Of a DNA stretch of 64,000 nucleotides, positions 18,362 through 27,968 are shown in pieces. The stretch lies in the NCBI GenBank assembly GCA_034433295.1, contig DAOUAS010000019.1:3713-67712 (forward strand). Reading direction: 5' to 3'. Source of the DNA: Anaerolineales bacterium. GTDB taxonomy: Bacteria; Chloroflexota; Anaerolineae; Anaerolineales; Villigracilaceae. Within the stretch, counting starts at the first letter, position 1. Each line of letters begins with the position of its first letter. The notes beneath the pieces were generated by a model, which was not told where the DNA came from, did not search any database, and saw only the letters and a program-made list of their open reading frames with translations. Position numbers and translations under genes: made by a program.

Positions 18362-18985
18362 GTGGACAAGCACAAGTACTACGTCGTTTGGAAGGGACGC
18401 AAGACGGGCATCTTCACGACATGGGCGGAGTGTGAAAAACAGGTGAAGGGCTTTGTCGGCGCGCAGTACAAAGCATTTGGCAGCAGTCACGAGGCCGATG
18501 CCGCTTTCCTGGCTAACTACGATCATTACAAGGGCAAGCCCGCCTCGAGCGGACGATGGAAAACTGCGGATGAGAAACCCATCCTCCCTTCGATCTGTGT
18601 GGATGCGGCTTGCAGTGGTTCGCCGGGAAAATTAGAATATCGCGGGGTGATTACCGAGACAGGCGAGCAGATTTTCCACGCGGGACCTTACGAGCAGGGG
18701 ACAAACAACGTCGGCGAATTCCTTGCCATCGTCCACGTGTTGACCTGGCAGTTCAAGCACAACTCCCATACGCCGATCTATTCCGATTCAGAGAATGCCA
18801 TTGCGTGGGTGATGAATGGTGAATGTAAGACCAACCTCAAGCACACTCCGAAAAACGCTCTACTCTTCGCCCTCATCCGCAGCGCGGAAAATTGGCTGGC
18901 GGAGAACGAACTCCCCGAGGATAAGATTTTGAAATGGGATACCAACCTGTGGGGGGAGATACCGGCGGATTTTGGGAGAAAGTAG
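18362..18985 (+). CDS. rnhA: ribonuclease H1 with an N-terminal hybrid-binding domain
   Basis: N-terminal YYVVWKGRKTGIFTTWAECEKQVKGFVGAQYKAFGS (RNase H1 N-domain) followed by an RNase H fold (VDAACSG...TNNVGEFLAIV...YSDS). GTG start. Confidence 0.8.
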   Translation: MDKHKYYVVWKGRKTGIFTTWAECEKQVKGFVGAQYKAFGSSHEADAAFLANYDHYKGKPASSGRWKTADEKPILPSICVDAACSGSPGKLEYRGVITETGEQIFHAGPYEQGTNNVGEFLAIVHVLTWQFKHNSHTPIYSDSENAIAWVMNGECKTNLKHTPKNALLFALIRSAENWLAENELPEDKILKWDTNLWGEIPADFGRK

Positions 18986-18990
18986 AGCCA

Positions 18991-19027
18991 GTCCTCCGAT
19001 TTTTTCAAGAAATCGGAGGACTTTCAT
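18991..19027 (+). terminator. rho-independent terminator after rnhA
   Basis: gtcctccgattt / aaatcggaggac 12-bp stem, then tttcatt. Confidence 0.65.
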
Positions 19028-19033
19028 TGCTGC

Positions 19034-19543
19034 CTACTCCAGTTCCCGATCCGCTCTGGCGAGGATTTCGCCCAGTTGACCCACCACCCGATCTGGCAGA
19101 GGTTATTCCAGAGGAGCGGACAGAATCTCCTCCACCTTTTTTCTTGCATTCGAATACATCGACGGTTTGCCCAACTGCATTCACTGGTCGAGGGTATGAC
19201 GGTCGAAAATGTCGTTGGTCAAAATCTTTTCTGGGTTGGAATCCACGCCCTGAAAGATGCGCTCGCAGAAGTGGGCGATTTCGTTATCCACCACAATCTG
19301 TTCGAGGACGAGGAGCTGGTCGCCTTCGATCTCACCGAAGCCAATGAGAATCTCCGAACCGACCAGCACAGGCGGAATGTAGGCGATATTCTCATCCCAA
19401 TGGATTTCCGCCCCATTTTTCTCCAACAACTTCAACGCCTGTTTGTTGTGATGGCGGACTCCCGTCTCCTCCAAAATCCGCAGGGTTTCCTTGTGAACTT
19501 GTTCTTTTTCTGACTCGGTCAATAACTGGCTGCTGAAACGCAT
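19034..19543 (-). pseudogene. remnant of an MttB-family (trimethylamine methyltransferase-like) gene
   Basis: The 120-aa ORF joins an MttB-like N-terminus (LTESEKEQVHKETLRILEETGV...) directly to a C-terminal segment (LVLEQIVVDNEIAHFCERIFQGVD). Further C-terminal pieces (ARKKVEEILSAPLE; PLPDRVVGQLGEILARADRELE*) lie in other frames down to 19034. About 0.5 kb remains of an expected 1.4-1.5 kb or so. Confidence 0.6.
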
Positions 19544-19566
19544 AATATTTTCCTTTTATGCCTTCT

Positions 19567-19650
19567 GTCATTGCGAGCCGCCGTTCTTTTGGCGGCGAAG
19601 CAATCTCCTGTCATTGGGGGATTGCTTCGGGCTAACGCCCTCGCAATGAC
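19567..19650. repeat. nested-palindrome intergenic repeat, copy B (84 bp)
   Basis: gtcattgcgag ... cgaagcaatc ... gattgcttcg ... ctcgcaatgac, plus a small gccgcc/ggcggc hairpin. Lies between two divergent gene remnants. Confidence 0.85.
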
Positions 19651-19669
19651 GTGAAGCTTAGGAGTATAT

Positions 19670-20068
19670 ATGACCAAAATCACTTTTATCGGCGCGGGCA
19701 GTCTTGGATTTACAAGTGAACTCGTGCGCGGCGTCCTAACCTTCCCTCTGTTGGAAGATGCCCACATCTCCTTGATGGATATTGACGAAGAGCGGCTTGA
19801 CTTTGCCAATGAGAGCGTCAAAAAACTCATCGCCGCTGGGAATCGTCACGCCAGTCTAACCGCCCTGCTGACCCAACTTTCCAGCGGCATCGAAGAGATG
19901 GCGATTCAAGCCTCGCTTACGGGTGACCCGACCATGATCTACCGCGCCATCTGTCACGACCCGCTGACCGCCTCTGTGTTATCGTTGGCGGAAATCAAGG
20001 AGATGACGAATGAACTCTTTGCCCATCACAAAGATTACCCGCCGCAGTTCAAGCATCATGTGGTCTAG
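19670..20068 (+). pseudogene. internally deleted family-4 glycoside hydrolase (alpha-glucosidase/galactosidase-like)
   Basis: The GH4 N-terminus KITFIGAGSLGF...LMDIDEERL is fused to a GH4 C-terminal segment (DPTMIYRAICHDPLTASVLSLAEIKEM). 132 aa versus the 430-450 aa or so expected. Confidence 0.6.
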
Positions 20069-20912
20069 GATTATTTTCCTGCTCCTTTTCCTCGTGGGAT
20101 GTCAACCCACTTTACCTCAGTTTGCTTCTTCCCAGACAGAGACACTAGTCCCTATGCCTTCCACTGAACCTGCAACTCTCAATCCGCAACCCGTAGATGA
20201 TTGGTGGCATCCCGCCGTTGGACTTACCTGGCAATGGCAACTCGGTGACGACGACATAGACACCTCTATCGAAGCAGATGTTTACGACATTGACCTGTAC
20301 GTTGACCAAGCCATCATTGACGAATTGCACGCCAAAGGGAAGAAGGTCGTCTGCTACATCAGCGTCGGCTCGCGGGAGGATTGGCGTCCCGACAAAGACC
20401 AGTTCCCTGCCGAAGTTTTAGGCAAGGACTATGACGGCTGGGAAGGGGAGAAGTGGCTCGACATCCGCCGCATTGACCTGCTTGCGCCCATCATGCGCGC
20501 CCGCTTCGACCTGTGCCAGTCCAAAGGTTTTGATGCCATCGAGCCCGATAACATGGAAATCTACACCAACGATACAGGCTTTCCGCTGACCTTCGACGAC
20601 CAGTTGAAATATGCCCTATGGCTGGCAGACGAAGCCCACAAACGCGGACTCGCCATCGGGCAGAAGAACGCCTCCGACCAGGTTCTAAAGCTGGTAGAGG
20701 TGTGCGACTTCGCCGTCACCGAGGACTATTTTTACTATGGTGATGCCGAATCCATGCTGCCCTATGTCAAAGCTGGCAAACCTGTCTTCGCCGCTGAATA
20801 CACCGACCTGCCTGGCGACTTCGCCGCCTTCTGCGAAAAGTCAAAACAACTCAATTTCAGCGCCATCCTCAAAAATCGTGAACTGGATGCCTGGATTCAA
20901 ACCTGCCAGTAA
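20058..20912 (+). CDS. GH114-like endo-alpha-1,4-polygalactosaminidase lipoprotein
   Basis: Lipobox LLFLVGC, then WQWQL...DVYDIDLY...KVVCYISVGS.EDWRPD...EKWLDIR, typical of GH114. Confidence 0.75.
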   Translation: MWSRIIFLLLFLVGCQPTLPQFASSQTETLVPMPSTEPATLNPQPVDDWWHPAVGLTWQWQLGDDDIDTSIEADVYDIDLYVDQAIIDELHAKGKKVVCYISVGSREDWRPDKDQFPAEVLGKDYDGWEGEKWLDIRRIDLLAPIMRARFDLCQSKGFDAIEPDNMEIYTNDTGFPLTFDDQLKYALWLADEAHKRGLAIGQKNASDQVLKLVEVCDFAVTEDYFYYGDAESMLPYVKAGKPVFAAEYTDLPGDFAAFCEKSKQLNFSAILKNRELDAWIQTCQ

Positions 20913-20967
20913 CAAGCCAAAGGTCGAATGTCGAAAGTCAGAACCTTCGACCACCCAATTGAAGACC

Positions 20968-21796
20968 ATGAAACCCTTTGATATTCTCGTTGCGGGTGAA
21001 ATCAACCCCGACTTCATTCTCTGCGGGTAGCCATTATTGGCAAGTGCGGTGACGATGTTTTTGGGCGCTTCATGCTTGATGAGTTGCAAAAAAGAAATGT
21101 GAATGTGGATCATATGATCGTGTCACCATCTGAATCCACGGGATTGAGTGTGATTCTTAATCAGCCCTTCGACGTTGCTCAGGGAGACCGTGCAATTTTG
21201 TCTTACTCTGGGCTGATGGCTGAAATACAAGCCTCGGACATCCCCGACAACATATTGAGTCAGGCGCGTCACCTGCATGTGGCAAGTTATTTCCTGCAAA
21301 CGAAATTGCAACCTGATTTGCCCAGCTTATTCTGTCGCGCCGTTCGCTGGGATTGACCACACCCCTCGATACGAACTATAATCCATCGGAAAAGTGGCTG
21401 GGTTTCGATGAATTACTTTCGGACACGAACGTCTTCCTGCCGAACGAGACGGAGGCGAAGTCGCTCACAGCGGCGGAAAATATCGACGAAGCAGCGATCA
21501 GGCCTGGGCGGAAGGTCGAGGCGGCGGCGATCAAGCTTGGAGCGGAGGGAGCGTTTGGCGTGAGGCAGTCCCAAAAAGTCAGGGTCCCTTCCATTCCCGT
21601 AAACGTCGTGGATACCGTCGGCGCGGGTGACAGTTTCAACGCGGGATTCCTCTACGGATATTTGCAGGGTTGGTCGCTGCAAAAAGCGCTGCGGTTGGGC
21701 ATTATTTGCGGCGGACTTTCAACACGGCAAGCGGGCGGCGTGAATGGACAGCCAACTTTGAAAGAGGCTCTGAAGCGCCTGCGATTTTTTGCCTGA
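20968..21796 (+). pseudogene. fragmented PfkB-family carbohydrate kinase
   Basis: Three collinear pieces in three frames. First, 20968-21030 (MKPFDILVAGEINPDFIL, then TAG). Second, 21030-21356 (AIIGKCGDDVFGRFMLDELQ...LPSLFCRA). Third, 21341-21796 (RSLGLTTPLDTNYNP...TVGAGDSFNAGFLYG). About 40 aa are missing between pieces 1 and 2, and there is a 1-nt frame slip near 21340. Confidence 0.75.
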
Positions 21797-22022
21797 TCGC
21801 AATCCTCCGCAATTGGCCGAATCGCGTCTCTAGGACCTCGTGCGTTGGCGAAGCGCCTTGGAGGATGGAAGGTTGACGGCGCGGGAGTGCGTTTTTGGAC
21901 GGGCTGACATTCGCCTTATCGAATGCGCGGGTGGAAATTTTGCGAATGGGCGCGCATACCCGGCACCGGACTTATGGGAGAATGTCCGTTGTGCGGGAGC
22001 GGGTATAATTTGAAGCAGAGTC

Positions 22023-24623
22023 ATGCAAACCGATAACGGCATTCAAACTTCACTCAAAGATGCAACGCGACTCTCCGCGGCTTCCTGGGCTGTCCTGGCT
22101 GAGCGTGTTGGCGGTACATGGATGATTCAAGCCGCGTATCGCCTCGGCAGGCCGGCTCAAAACGAATTGACGACTCTTATGGCAAAGCCATCCATAGATG
22201 CCTGGTTGTGTGGAGCGTTGAGCGGCGGGCATTTGCGTTCCGGGGCCATCCCTGAAGGGATGGGGCTGGAAGCCGGCCGCCTCTTTGTCTTTCCTGTCAG
22301 CGGGTCGTCGCAGGCGGTGATTGTCGGCGCTGAAGATCAATCTGCCGAAGCCCAGCGGATCTGGAAACTGACAGCCTCGCTCCTGTCACCGCAATCCGCT
22401 TCTCCCGGTCAGCCTTTTCTCCCCGACCTGCAATCAGGCCTTGTATCCGATCTGCCGCTTGCCATCGGAAAGATGCTGTCTGTGTTTGTTCAGGCATCGG
22501 CTTGTCAGGGGGCATGGCTCGCAATTCGCCGCGGCGACTCACTCGACATCCAGTCCGAATGGAACGATCCCAAGGCTCAGGGTGTATCCATGTTGATCGA
22601 CGAGAATCCGATCCTGCGGCGTGTCAACCGCTCTTTGTATGATGTGGTTATTACCCGCGAACAACCCAATTGGGACAACCTCCCATACGGTTCGCTAAAA
22701 TCGGGCACGAAGGTTTGGGTGTGCCTGCCGTTGGTCATTGGTCAGCGCCTGATTGGCGTGGCGGCAATCTGGCGGCAGAAGGAATTTTCCCGCAGCGAGT
22801 TGGGTCAGTTGCGCGAATTGGCGTCCCGGATTTCGCCTTCGGTCGAGGTGCTGGTTACGTTTTCCGAAATGGCGGCGCACCTGCGAAGGCTGGGGCTGCT
22901 TAACGACTTTGTACTTACGGTTTCCTCCGCCCAAAACCTCGATCAAATTGCGCGGCGCGTGTTTGGTTTGCTTTCCCGCGCGTTCAATACCGAATTGATT
23001 GCCCTCTTCCTGCGTTCCAGCGACGGTCGTGTGCTGCGCGACTATCGCATGTTGGAGGGAAAACTGAATGTGATTAGCGCGTCGCTGGCTGGGCACTCCA
23101 TCCAACCCATGCTCAAGGATGGGCGGGTGCGCCGTATCGCGGATACGGTCAAGGAAGGATTCGTGCCGCTCAACAAGGGGGCGCGTTCCATGCTGATGGT
23201 TCCGCTCAAATATCGCGGACAGGCCATCGGTGTCTTGATCATCGAGAACCTGCGCGCCGAAGCCTTCAACAAGTACGACGAACACCTGATGGTGGTCATC
23301 ACCAGCCACCTTGCGGGACTGATCGAATATACCCGCCTGCGCGAGGAGGCCGAGGGACGCGCCCGCAGCCTGGGCTTGATTCATGAGGTCGTCCAACAGG
23401 TCATTGGGTTGAGCGATAAAAAGGAGGTTGCCTACATTTCGGCCGATCTCGTGGCCCGGTATTTTAAATACGAACTGGCTGCCATCCTGCTGGTGGATGA
23501 TGCCGGGCGGTTTTCCATTCAGGGGATTGGCGGCACCCAGTCTGAGACGGTGGTTCGCGCGCTTGCCGGGCGTGATTTCCTTGAAAGCAATGGGATTGCA
23601 GGGCGGGTTTTGAAAACCGGCGAAAGCATCCTCGTCAACGACACACGACAGGAAAAATCATATATCCCGCTCAAAGGCTGGGATGCGCGTTCTGAAATGT
23701 GCGTTGCCCTAAAGGACGGCGAAAGTATTCTTGGAATTATCGATGTCGAAAGCCGCGAACAGAACGTGTTCTCGCACAACGACCTGATTGCCGTCGAGTC
23801 GCTGGCTGGAATTTTAACCTCGGTGATCACCAGCGCAAACCAATATCAAAAATTGCAGGAGACCATCCGTCAATTAAGGGCGACCGAGACGGAACTGAAT
23901 GCGCGCATGGAAGCCCAGCGTTTCGCGGAAAACCGCCTGATTCAGGCGGCTAAACTTGCCGCCGTTGGAGAAATGGCGGCCGGCATTGCTCATGAATTGA
24001 ACAACCCCCTCACCACGGTTACAGGGTTCTCGGAACTTGTATTGGAGGACCTCCCGCAGGATTTTTCATACAGGACCGAACTGGAAATGGTCTCGCGCGA
24101 AGCCCACCGGGCCAGCGACGTTGTCCGCCGCCTTTTGGATTTCTCCCGCCAAGGCGAGCGTGCCCGCGCGCGCGCCGACTTGAATGAGATCGTCAACGAT
24201 GTTATTGCGCTCACCCGCCACTTGATCCAGGCCAATCGTATCAGCCTCGCCCTTCAACTTGACCCCGGACTGCCGTGGGTCACCATTGACCGCAACCAGA
24301 TGAAACAGGTATTGCTGAATTTGATTCACAACGCCCTGCAAGCCATGCCCAGGGGCGGCGGGGAATTGACCGTTGCCACCGGTACCGCCATGCGGGAGGA
24401 GCGTGATTGGGTGTTCATGTCCGTCAGGGACACCGGTGTGGGCATCCCTCACGCTGACCAAAATCGAATCTTTGAACCATTCTTTACCACAAAAGGAGAT
24501 CGCGGCGGCACAGGGCTGGGACTTTCAGTCACCTATGGAATTGTCACAGACCACGGGGGAACCATCGAAATAGCCAGTGAGCCACATAAAGGCTCTACCT
24601 TCATTGTCTGGCTGCCGATCTAA
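22023..24623 (+). CDS. cytoplasmic multi-GAF sensor histidine kinase
   Basis: Several GAF-like modules, then HisKA (AAGIAHELNNPLT) and HATPase_c (LIHNALQAM, DTGVGI, GTGLGLS). No TM segment seen. Confidence 0.88.
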   Translation: MQTDNGIQTSLKDATRLSAASWAVLAERVGGTWMIQAAYRLGRPAQNELTTLMAKPSIDAWLCGALSGGHLRSGAIPEGMGLEAGRLFVFPVSGSSQAVIVGAEDQSAEAQRIWKLTASLLSPQSASPGQPFLPDLQSGLVSDLPLAIGKMLSVFVQASACQGAWLAIRRGDSLDIQSEWNDPKAQGVSMLIDENPILRRVNRSLYDVVITREQPNWDNLPYGSLKSGTKVWVCLPLVIGQRLIGVAAIWRQKEFSRSELGQLRELASRISPSVEVLVTFSEMAAHLRRLGLLNDFVLTVSSAQNLDQIARRVFGLLSRAFNTELIALFLRSSDGRVLRDYRMLEGKLNVISASLAGHSIQPMLKDGRVRRIADTVKEGFVPLNKGARSMLMVPLKYRGQAIGVLIIENLRAEAFNKYDEHLMVVITSHLAGLIEYTRLREEAEGRARSLGLIHEVVQQVIGLSDKKEVAYISADLVARYFKYELAAILLVDDAGRFSIQGIGGTQSETVVRALAGRDFLESNGIAGRVLKTGESILVNDTRQEKSYIPLKGWDARSEMCVALKDGESILGIIDVESREQNVFSHNDLIAVESLAGILTSVITSANQYQKLQETIRQLRATETELNARMEAQRFAENRLIQAAKLAAVGEMAAGIAHELNNPLTTVTGFSELVLEDLPQDFSYRTELEMVSREAHRASDVVRRLLDFSRQGERARARADLNEIVNDVIALTRHLIQANRISLALQLDPGLPWVTIDRNQMKQVLLNLIHNALQAMPRGGGELTVATGTAMREERDWVFMSVRDTGVGIPHADQNRIFEPFFTTKGDRGGTGLGLSVTYGIVTDHGGTIEIASEPHKGSTFIVWLPI

Positions 24624-24626
24624 TTT

Positions 24627-26198
24627 ATGGAAACACCCCTCATCCTTGTTGTTGACGATGAACCCGGCATTGCGCTTTTATGCCAGCGCCTGCTTACGCG
24701 CTCAGGCTATAAAGTCGAAACCCAAACCGATCCCCGAAAAGCCATCGATTACTTGAAGGAAAATAGAATCGACCTCCTCTTGGTGGACATCCGTATGCCG
24801 GAAGTGGATGGCTTCGAGGTTATTCAACACGCCCAGCGGCTTCAACCCGATGCCGCAATGCTCATCATGACCGGGCATGGAACGGTCGAGACCGCGATCC
24901 GCGCCCTGCGACAGGGGGTGGACGGACTGATTCTAAAACCGTTCAGCGCTGGCAGCGAACTGGTGGATGCCGTCAAACTAGCGCTTTCCGACAGTCAGCA
25001 AAAGCGTGACGCCGCCCGCATGCACGCTCTGCGACCTCTCTTCTCTGTCACAGAATCGCTCCTTTCGGAAACCCGCCGCGAACCGCTGCTCGACCTGATC
25101 GTAAACGTCATTTGCGAACACCTGCATTGTTCAGGCGCCGCTTGTTTTCAAAAGAAGGAGGATGGCGCTTTTTCATTACTGGCTTCCTGTGGCAGGGATT
25201 TTCCATCCGCCTTCATGGAATTGGTGACGCATGTGGATGGACTGTCTTCCCCGGTGTTGGTCAATGCGAATGGCCCGGGCGACCCCGAGCTGCGCAAAAA
25301 CATCTCCGCCCTTGGGTTGGGCGCTGTCATCCTCGTGCCGATTCTCCGTCCAAACCTGTGCATGATGCTGTGCGCCGTGCGCGCTGTCAATGAGCCGCCG
25401 CTTCGTGAAGCGGACCTGGAGTTGTTCCAGATTCTTTCGCGTCAGGCTGCTGTTGCGCTTGAAAATTCCCGCCTGTATGCCGAACAACTGGAATATGTCC
25501 GAAAGATGGAGGAATCCCAAAAGGCATTATTGCAAGCGGAAAAAATGGCCGCCGCAGGCAGGTTGAGCGCCTCCATTGCCCATGAAGTCAACAACCCGCT
25601 GCAGGCGGTTCAAAACTGCCTGCATCTGGCAGGACGGGATGATTTTCCCAGTGAAAAGCGAGCGGAATACTTCGATTTGGCCCGAGCCGAACTGGAGCGT
25701 CTGATCCTGACTGTTCGCCGCATGTTGGACTTCTACCGCCCCGGCGCAACCCTGCAGGAAAATGTCGATCTCACAGAGATGCTGCAGTACATCCTGAATC
25801 TGATGTCGAAACAGTTGTCTGAATTAAATGTCAAGATAGTGGTCGATTTTCTTGGGGACATTCCTGCTGTCAGGGCGGTTGGTAGTCAAATTCAGCAGGT
25901 GTTTATTAACCTAATCCTGAACGCAATGGATGCCATGCCTGAAGGCGGAGTCCTGACCATTACCCTTCGTCCGCTCAAGGGTGGTGTTGAGATCAAGTTC
26001 CAGGATCAGGGCAGGGGGATTCCCGTGGAAAAGCAGGAAAACATTTTCGAGCCATTTTTTAGCACAAAGGAAGGAGGCACGGGGTTGGGGCTGACAGTGA
26101 GTTACAATATAGTCACCGCGCATGGCGGCACGCTGGAGTTGCTGCCAGAACGCGGTCCCGGCGCTTGTTTTCGTATTTTTCTACCGATAGGAGGCTAA
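24627..26198 (+). CDS. receiver-domain histidine kinase (REC - GAF-like - HisKA - HATPase_c)
   Basis: REC (LILVVDDEPG...LLLVDIRMPEVDG...LKP), H-box SASIAHEVNNPLQ and G2 box GTGLGLTVS. Confidence 0.88.
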   Translation: METPLILVVDDEPGIALLCQRLLTRSGYKVETQTDPRKAIDYLKENRIDLLLVDIRMPEVDGFEVIQHAQRLQPDAAMLIMTGHGTVETAIRALRQGVDGLILKPFSAGSELVDAVKLALSDSQQKRDAARMHALRPLFSVTESLLSETRREPLLDLIVNVICEHLHCSGAACFQKKEDGAFSLLASCGRDFPSAFMELVTHVDGLSSPVLVNANGPGDPELRKNISALGLGAVILVPILRPNLCMMLCAVRAVNEPPLREADLELFQILSRQAAVALENSRLYAEQLEYVRKMEESQKALLQAEKMAAAGRLSASIAHEVNNPLQAVQNCLHLAGRDDFPSEKRAEYFDLARAELERLILTVRRMLDFYRPGATLQENVDLTEMLQYILNLMSKQLSELNVKIVVDFLGDIPAVRAVGSQIQQVFINLILNAMDAMPEGGVLTITLRPLKGGVEIKFQDQGRGIPVEKQENIFEPFFSTKEGGTGLGLTVSYNIVTAHGGTLELLPERGPGACFRIFLPIGG

Positions 26199-26200
26199 CA

Positions 26201-26935
26201 ATGAAGTCCAATATTTTGGTCGTTGACGATGAGCCTGTTGCGCGCCAGTCTCTGACGGATATTCTCAAATTGGAAGGATACAACGTTTCATCCGCTCCCA
26301 ACGGGCAGGCCGCTGTCGAATATGTCCGCACGCATCCCATTGATTTGATGATCGTGGATCTGCGAATGCCCGGCATGGACGGCCTTGAAGTGGTGCAGGT
26401 GGTCAATCAGGTTTCGCCTGAAACCGAGGTGATCTTGCTCACGGCTTTCGGTTCCACCGAAACGGCAATCCAAGCCTTGCGTTTGCGAATTCATGATTAC
26501 CTGTTGAAACCCGCCTCGCCTGCCCAAGTTTTGGCAAGTGTCAAGAAGGGACTGGCGCGTCATGAAGCCCGGTCTCGCGCGGGCAGCGCCGCCCTCAGCA
26601 CCGACGTGGATGAAACCGTGGAGGTCTTTTCACTCAAGGATGGGACAACGGTTGACCTTTCCCGCCGCCAGATCAAACACAAGAGCAAGGTGGAACATCT
26701 GACACCCGCCGAAGGCAGATTATTGCGAATTCTGATCGAGAATGAAGGCAAGGTGTTTTCACACCGTGAACTGGTTCTGCTGGTTCAAGGGTACGATACT
26801 TCGCAGCGTGAGGCGCCGGAAATTTTGCGTCCTCTGGTCAGCCGGTTGCGTCACAAACTGGATCAGTTCCCGTCCTTGTCGGAGCGGGTGGTTAGTGTGC
26901 GGGGCACGGGATATTTATACGAGGGGAATAAGTGA
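26201..26935 (+). CDS. OmpR-family response regulator (REC + winged helix)
   Basis: MKSNILVVDDEP...LMIVDLRMPGMDG...YLLKP, then LTPAEGRLLRILIENEGKVFSHRELV...VRGTGY. SD ggagg lies upstream. Confidence 0.88.
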   Translation: MKSNILVVDDEPVARQSLTDILKLEGYNVSSAPNGQAAVEYVRTHPIDLMIVDLRMPGMDGLEVVQVVNQVSPETEVILLTAFGSTETAIQALRLRIHDYLLKPASPAQVLASVKKGLARHEARSRAGSAALSTDVDETVEVFSLKDGTTVDLSRRQIKHKSKVEHLTPAEGRLLRILIENEGKVFSHRELVLLVQGYDTSQREAPEILRPLVSRLRHKLDQFPSLSERVVSVRGTGYLYEGNK

Positions 26936-26979
26936 AATGACAGACTCCAAAGGCGCCGAAAGCCGTTGGAGTCTTTTTT

Positions 26980-27927
26980 CTATTCATATGGACCGAACAC
27001 GTCCTTGGGTAATCCAGGCGCGCGAATCCAGGAAAGCCAGCCCGTTTTTCCGCTATGCGTTGGCACGGTTGGGACTTCAAACATAACCAGGATAAGACTG
27101 ACGCCAAGTCCAAATGCCCCCAGCCATTGAAACAAGGTCAAATTTTCGCCCAGCCAGATATGGCTGAACAGGATTGCAATCAGCAGTTCGGCAAGTCCGA
27201 GCAGGGCGGTTTGCATTCCGCCGATCTTCTTCACGCCGAGGAAAAGAGCAATGCGAGAAAACATGGTCACGAAGGTCAATCCTGCAATCGGCTGCCAGGG
27301 GATGTTGGCGGCAGGCCAGGCGCGGTCGAAGATCAGGTAGGCAGGGACAACAACAGCGCTCATCGCCAGCAATGTGTAAAGCGCAACTGTTGGCGCGGGG
27401 ACTTCAAAAAGCACGCGCTGATTGATGGGGAGATGCATGGCATAAAGCACCGAGGCTCCAATCATCATCAAAACCCCTGTTGTGTCCGCCGGATTGTTCG
27501 GAATGCTTGTGAGCAGCAGAACGGCAACCGTGGCCAACCCCACTCGAAAGAATGTCAGGCGGCTGGGGGGTTGGTGATCGAGAATGAGCCAGAGCGCTAC
27601 AAAGAAGGGGTAAAGAGAGTAAAGCAATTGCCCAATGCTGGCATCCAGTCTTTGCAGCGCAAGGTAATACAAAAGCGAACCCAGTCCGTTGATTGCGCCT
27701 GCCAGCCCGCAGCCGATTAACCCCACCGGAAATATATATAGATATTGGCGATAGAACAGAGCTACGACCAGAAAAAGAATGCCAGCCGCAAAGCCGGTAC
27801 GTAAAGCCACAACGGCAAAAGGCGTAAATCCCAGGGTGATGGCCAGTTTTCCGAAAACGGGAGCCAGACCGAGGAATACTGCGGAACTGAAGGCGGCCAA
27901 AATGCCGGCTGTATGTTTTTTTTTCAA
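26980..27927 (-). CDS. DMT-superfamily (EamA-like) transporter
   Basis: Ten hydrophobic helices in two repeated halves, typical of EamA. Confidence 0.75.
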   Translation of the reverse strand: MKKKHTAGILAAFSSAVFLGLAPVFGKLAITLGFTPFAVVALRTGFAAGILFLVVALFYRQYLYIFPVGLIGCGLAGAINGLGSLLYYLALQRLDASIGQLLYSLYPFFVALWLILDHQPPSRLTFFRVGLATVAVLLLTSIPNNPADTTGVLMMIGASVLYAMHLPINQRVLFEVPAPTVALYTLLAMSAVVVPAYLIFDRAWPAANIPWQPIAGLTFVTMFSRIALFLGVKKIGGMQTALLGLAELLIAILFSHIWLGENLTLFQWLGAFGLGVSLILVMFEVPTVPTHSGKTGWLSWIRAPGLPKDVFGPYE

Positions 27928-27968
27928 AGATACCAGCCTTTAAGGTCGTCAATCAAGGAGGTGGGCGC

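Noticed and set aside
21330-21350. A programmed -1 ribosomal frameshift in the PfkB gene
   Set aside because: There is no slippery heptamer or downstream structure. The same gene also has an independent upstream stop and a gap of about 40 aa, so decay or sequencing error is the simpler explanation.
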